Source: Camelus ferus
Lineage: Eukaryota
DNA length: 64,000 nucleotides
Assembly: GCF_009834535.1 (NCBI RefSeq)
Contig: NC_045707.1
Span: forward strand, 53,260,001-53,324,000
Reading direction: 5' to 3'
Shown here: positions 62,241-64,000 of the stretch, in pieces
How the letters are laid out: every line of letters begins with the position of its first letter
How positions within the stretch are numbered: position 1 is the stretch's first letter
The notes under the pieces: model-generated
Databases searched by the model: none
Seen by the model: only the letters and a program-made list of their open reading frames with translations
What the model was told of the DNA's origin: nothing
Position numbers and translations under genes: made by a program

Positions 62241-64000
62241 CGTCCACGACAGACCGGGCAATGTGGCCGCCACCTTGGCTGTGTCGGGGGGAGTCCTGGA
62301 GGTGCGGGAACAGGGCACAGGGAGGGCCCACGGCCGGATGTGGGGGACGCCGTGGCCACGGGCCTCCAGGGTTGCTGTTTGTTGGCTTTTGGTGTTTGGG
62401 GCATCAGTCGGAGGAGGGGTGGTGAGCGTGTCTGTCACTGGTGAAGCCCAGCGGACCCGGCACCTGAGCTTCTTCCCTCTCCGCCCGACAGGCCCCACGG
62501 CGCCCACCTGGGCCCCCTTTCCTGGGACGCAGACGGGCCTGGGGCACGTTGGGAACTGAATGTTGTGCTTCACTGGTGGCTTCTCTGTGGCATCTGGTGG
62601 AGGACGACAGGGTGAGGACTCTGCCTCATGACAGGAGGGCCACACTGGCACCGGGAGAGGCTGCTCGCATGGGGAGTTGGAGGAGACCCAGAGGTCAGGT
62701 TGGGGAAGGGACCCCTGCCGGCCCCAGTGTTTACTTCCCGGCGCTCTTGGAGCTGTTTCCTGTTTGCGGCTGAAATGATGTGGATGGACCCGTGAGCCAA
62801 GAAAGCAGCCCATGTTGGGGGGTCTCACCCGAGGTCAAAGCCACGGCTGCCTGGCAGGTGGGAGAAGCCCTCGGGGTCCTGTGCTTTTGGCCCGGGTGAC
62901 CAGGCCGGACTGGAGCAGGGTTGGAGCCAGGGACTTGGCTCCTGTTTCAAGTACCCAGACTGGGAAGGAGGGGACGTGAGACCGTGCTGCCAGGCTGGCC
63001 TCACACAACGTTAGAAACAAGTTAAAAATCTCGTTAAATTAAAATATAAGATACACACAGGGAAAGATGCTGACAGAGCGTATTTTAGCGGCTGATGTTC
63101 TTAATGTATGGAGAATTTGTTAAAAGCGGTTGTTTAAAAGTACCAAAAACATGATCATATAAAACAGCAAAGAACACAAATAATTCCTAATAGAGGGAAT
63201 GACAGTAGTGAACGTGGGAAAACATTTGATCTTGCTAATCTGAAAACGTGGAAAATGTTTGGTCTAAGTAATTAGCCAGACACACATGTGAAAAAAAAAA
63301 ACCACCAATGCGCTGTTTCCCAGCTGGATGACAAATGTGGGAAAAGGCACAGCTTCCCCGTGCTTGGTGGCCGTCCGTCAGTGGGCACCGTGTAGGGAAC
63401 TACGACACAACCCTCAGAACACACACAAACCAAACACTGTCCACAGAGCGTTCTCATTTCAGCGTCGTGGAAAATTGCAGGCAGCCGACAACAGCCTCCC
63501 TGTTGCTAAGAGTGAGGACTGCTAAACTCGGGTACATGCAGTCAATTCTGTGTTGCACACCCAATTTAAATTGATTTGTACTAAGACTAATTCAGTGGAA
63601 AAGTGTTGGCTGTTAAAAAGAAACAGGATGCCAACACAATGACATTGATATACACAGTGACAAGGATAAAGTTCATAAAAATGTTGATTGAAAGTCAGAC
63701 ACGGGTTAGGGAGTATAGCTCAGAGCACGCTTCGGGCCCCGAGGGTCCCAGCCTCCAGAAACTCGGCTGGCGACACGCACAGCCTCCAGTCTCAGGCAGT
63801 GAGGTGGGTGGTGGCCCAGGACAGTCCCTCCTGCTGCCAGCCTCGCGGAGGCTGCGGGCAGAAGCCGCACACCCTGCCCTCTGCGGCCCGCACTGCTGGC
63901 CAGTGGTCCTGCTCAGCATCCACACGCGGCAGCCGGCCTGCGGACCATCTCCGCTGCAGCCCTCAGCGGTCCCTCAGTGGGCGCGTCTCTGCGGCTCGTA

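Larger units (their letters stand above)
30569..64000 (+). other. SH3RF3: SH3RF3 intron 1 (continues beyond the window)
   Basis: Consensus donor GTGAGT at 30569. No downstream ORF contains the expected SH3 motif (ALYxY...DLxF...W) of exon 2. The sequence is repeat-littered. Confidence 0.85.

Noticed and set aside
63208..63275. Degenerate ~33-bp tandem repeat (aacgtgg...aaa...tttg.tct..taat)
   Set aside because: Two poorly matching copies in an AT-rich, probably old-L1-derived stretch. Too weak to call.
63705..63760. tRNA or tRNA-derived SINE head (gggagtatagctcag)
   Set aside because: Only an A-box-like start, with no B box, cloverleaf or A-tail.
30569..64000. Orthologs of human intronic miRNAs annotated in SH3RF3
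   Set aside because: No matching hairpin or mature sequence recognised by eye. A miRBase/Infernal search would be needed.

Overview
Mammalian, GC-rich, non-primate genomic DNA. The repeat content is most consistent with a cetartiodactyl, possibly a camelid (inference only). There is one convincing coding exon: the first coding exon of SH3RF3 (POSH2, a RING/SH3 E3 ligase) at 30035-30568 on +. It encodes the C3HC4 RING domain, sits in a ~1.8 kb CpG-island promoter and ends at an AAG|GTGAGT donor. Everything downstream is intron 1 (no exon 2 / SH3 sequence is visible). Everything upstream is intergenic. The rest is old and mid-age repeats (L1, L2, MIR, hAT-Charlie MERs, MaLR LTRs, one ERV1 solo LTR) plus a few AT-rich, motif-dense candidate enhancers. 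Nearly all other ORFs in the track are GC-driven noise. I found no evidence for a novel multi-gene system. The best observations are local: dual or near-cognate starts and a 21-bp 5'UTR duplication in SH3RF3, strong AT-to-GC drift in L1 relics, a duplicated splice-donor cassette, and an orphan promoter/LTR-like CpG block. Repeat family names come from recalled consensus sequences, not a database search, and repeat boundaries are approximate.
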